A DNA stretch of 64,000 nt from NCBI GenBank assembly GCA_963787445.1, contig CAWBCT010000005.1, forward strand, positions 32,001-96,000, given 5' to 3'. Shown piece by piece: positions 63,801-64,000 of the stretch; the stretch's first letter is position 1; the number at the start of each line of letters is the position of its first letter. Position numbers and translations under genes: made by a program. The notes below the pieces were generated by a model. The model did not search any database. It was not told the origin of the DNA and saw nothing but the letters and a program-made list of their open reading frames with translations. The DNA comes from an uncultured archaeon (GTDB lineage Archaea > Micrarchaeota > Micrarchaeia > Micrarchaeales > CABMGC01).

Positions 63801-64000
63801 TTGTTCACTCCGAAAGTATTTTCTTCTCTATAGCCGTTGAAGGGAACTTTCCAGCAGCTATAATCTTCAAACTATATTTTGTATATGAATCAATCTTTAG
63901 CTTTGGAACATCTTTTAAGCTGGTCCATTTGTATTCCTGAATCTCCTTATTATCAACTTTTACCTTACCCCCTTTATACTCACAAAGGAAGTCAAAAAAG

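Noticed and set aside
47018-64000. Archaeal DNA as a horizontally acquired island in a bacterium
   Set aside because: No mobility genes or att at the junction, both flanking genes are cut, core translation genes are present and the error profile differs; an artefact is more parsimonious.

Overview
The window has two unrelated parts joined at about 47,017-47,020. Bases 1-47,017 are high-GC alphaproteobacterial DNA, probably Rhodospirillales-like (inference). They carry a two-partner secretion pair (TpsB/TpsA), a ~2,000-aa serralysin-like protein with a long 8-residue repeat, and liv-, dpp- and ytfQRT/yjfF-type ABC transporters. They also carry a five-gene exported protease/lipoprotein operon, a complete cbb3 oxidase locus (ccoNOQPGHIS) with FNR/FixK boxes, two 2OG-Fe(II) oxygenases and a truncated CHASE sensor. 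About 13 single-base frameshifts in this part look like uncorrected read errors. Bases 47,018-64,000 are archaeal (aIF2-gamma, class I CCA-adding enzyme, TATA promoters, ATA/AGG codon use; DPANN/Micrarchaeota-like by inference) and show no obvious frameshifts. A gene is cut on each side of the junction, so a chimeric join is the most likely explanation. Best candidates for undescribed biology: (1) a translationally coupled envelope operon with TPR-trypsin and TPR-caspase proteases flanking DUF4384/GNA1162/LPP20-like proteins; (2) a circularly permuted CcdA coupled to a DipZ-like thioredoxin; (3) an unannotated 58-aa two-helix gene after ccoS resembling the N-terminal hairpin that this CcoN lacks; (4) a vapBC mini-islet bracketed by a duplicated tRNA-Ala 3' end. 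All family calls come from motif recognition by eye; no database searches were run.
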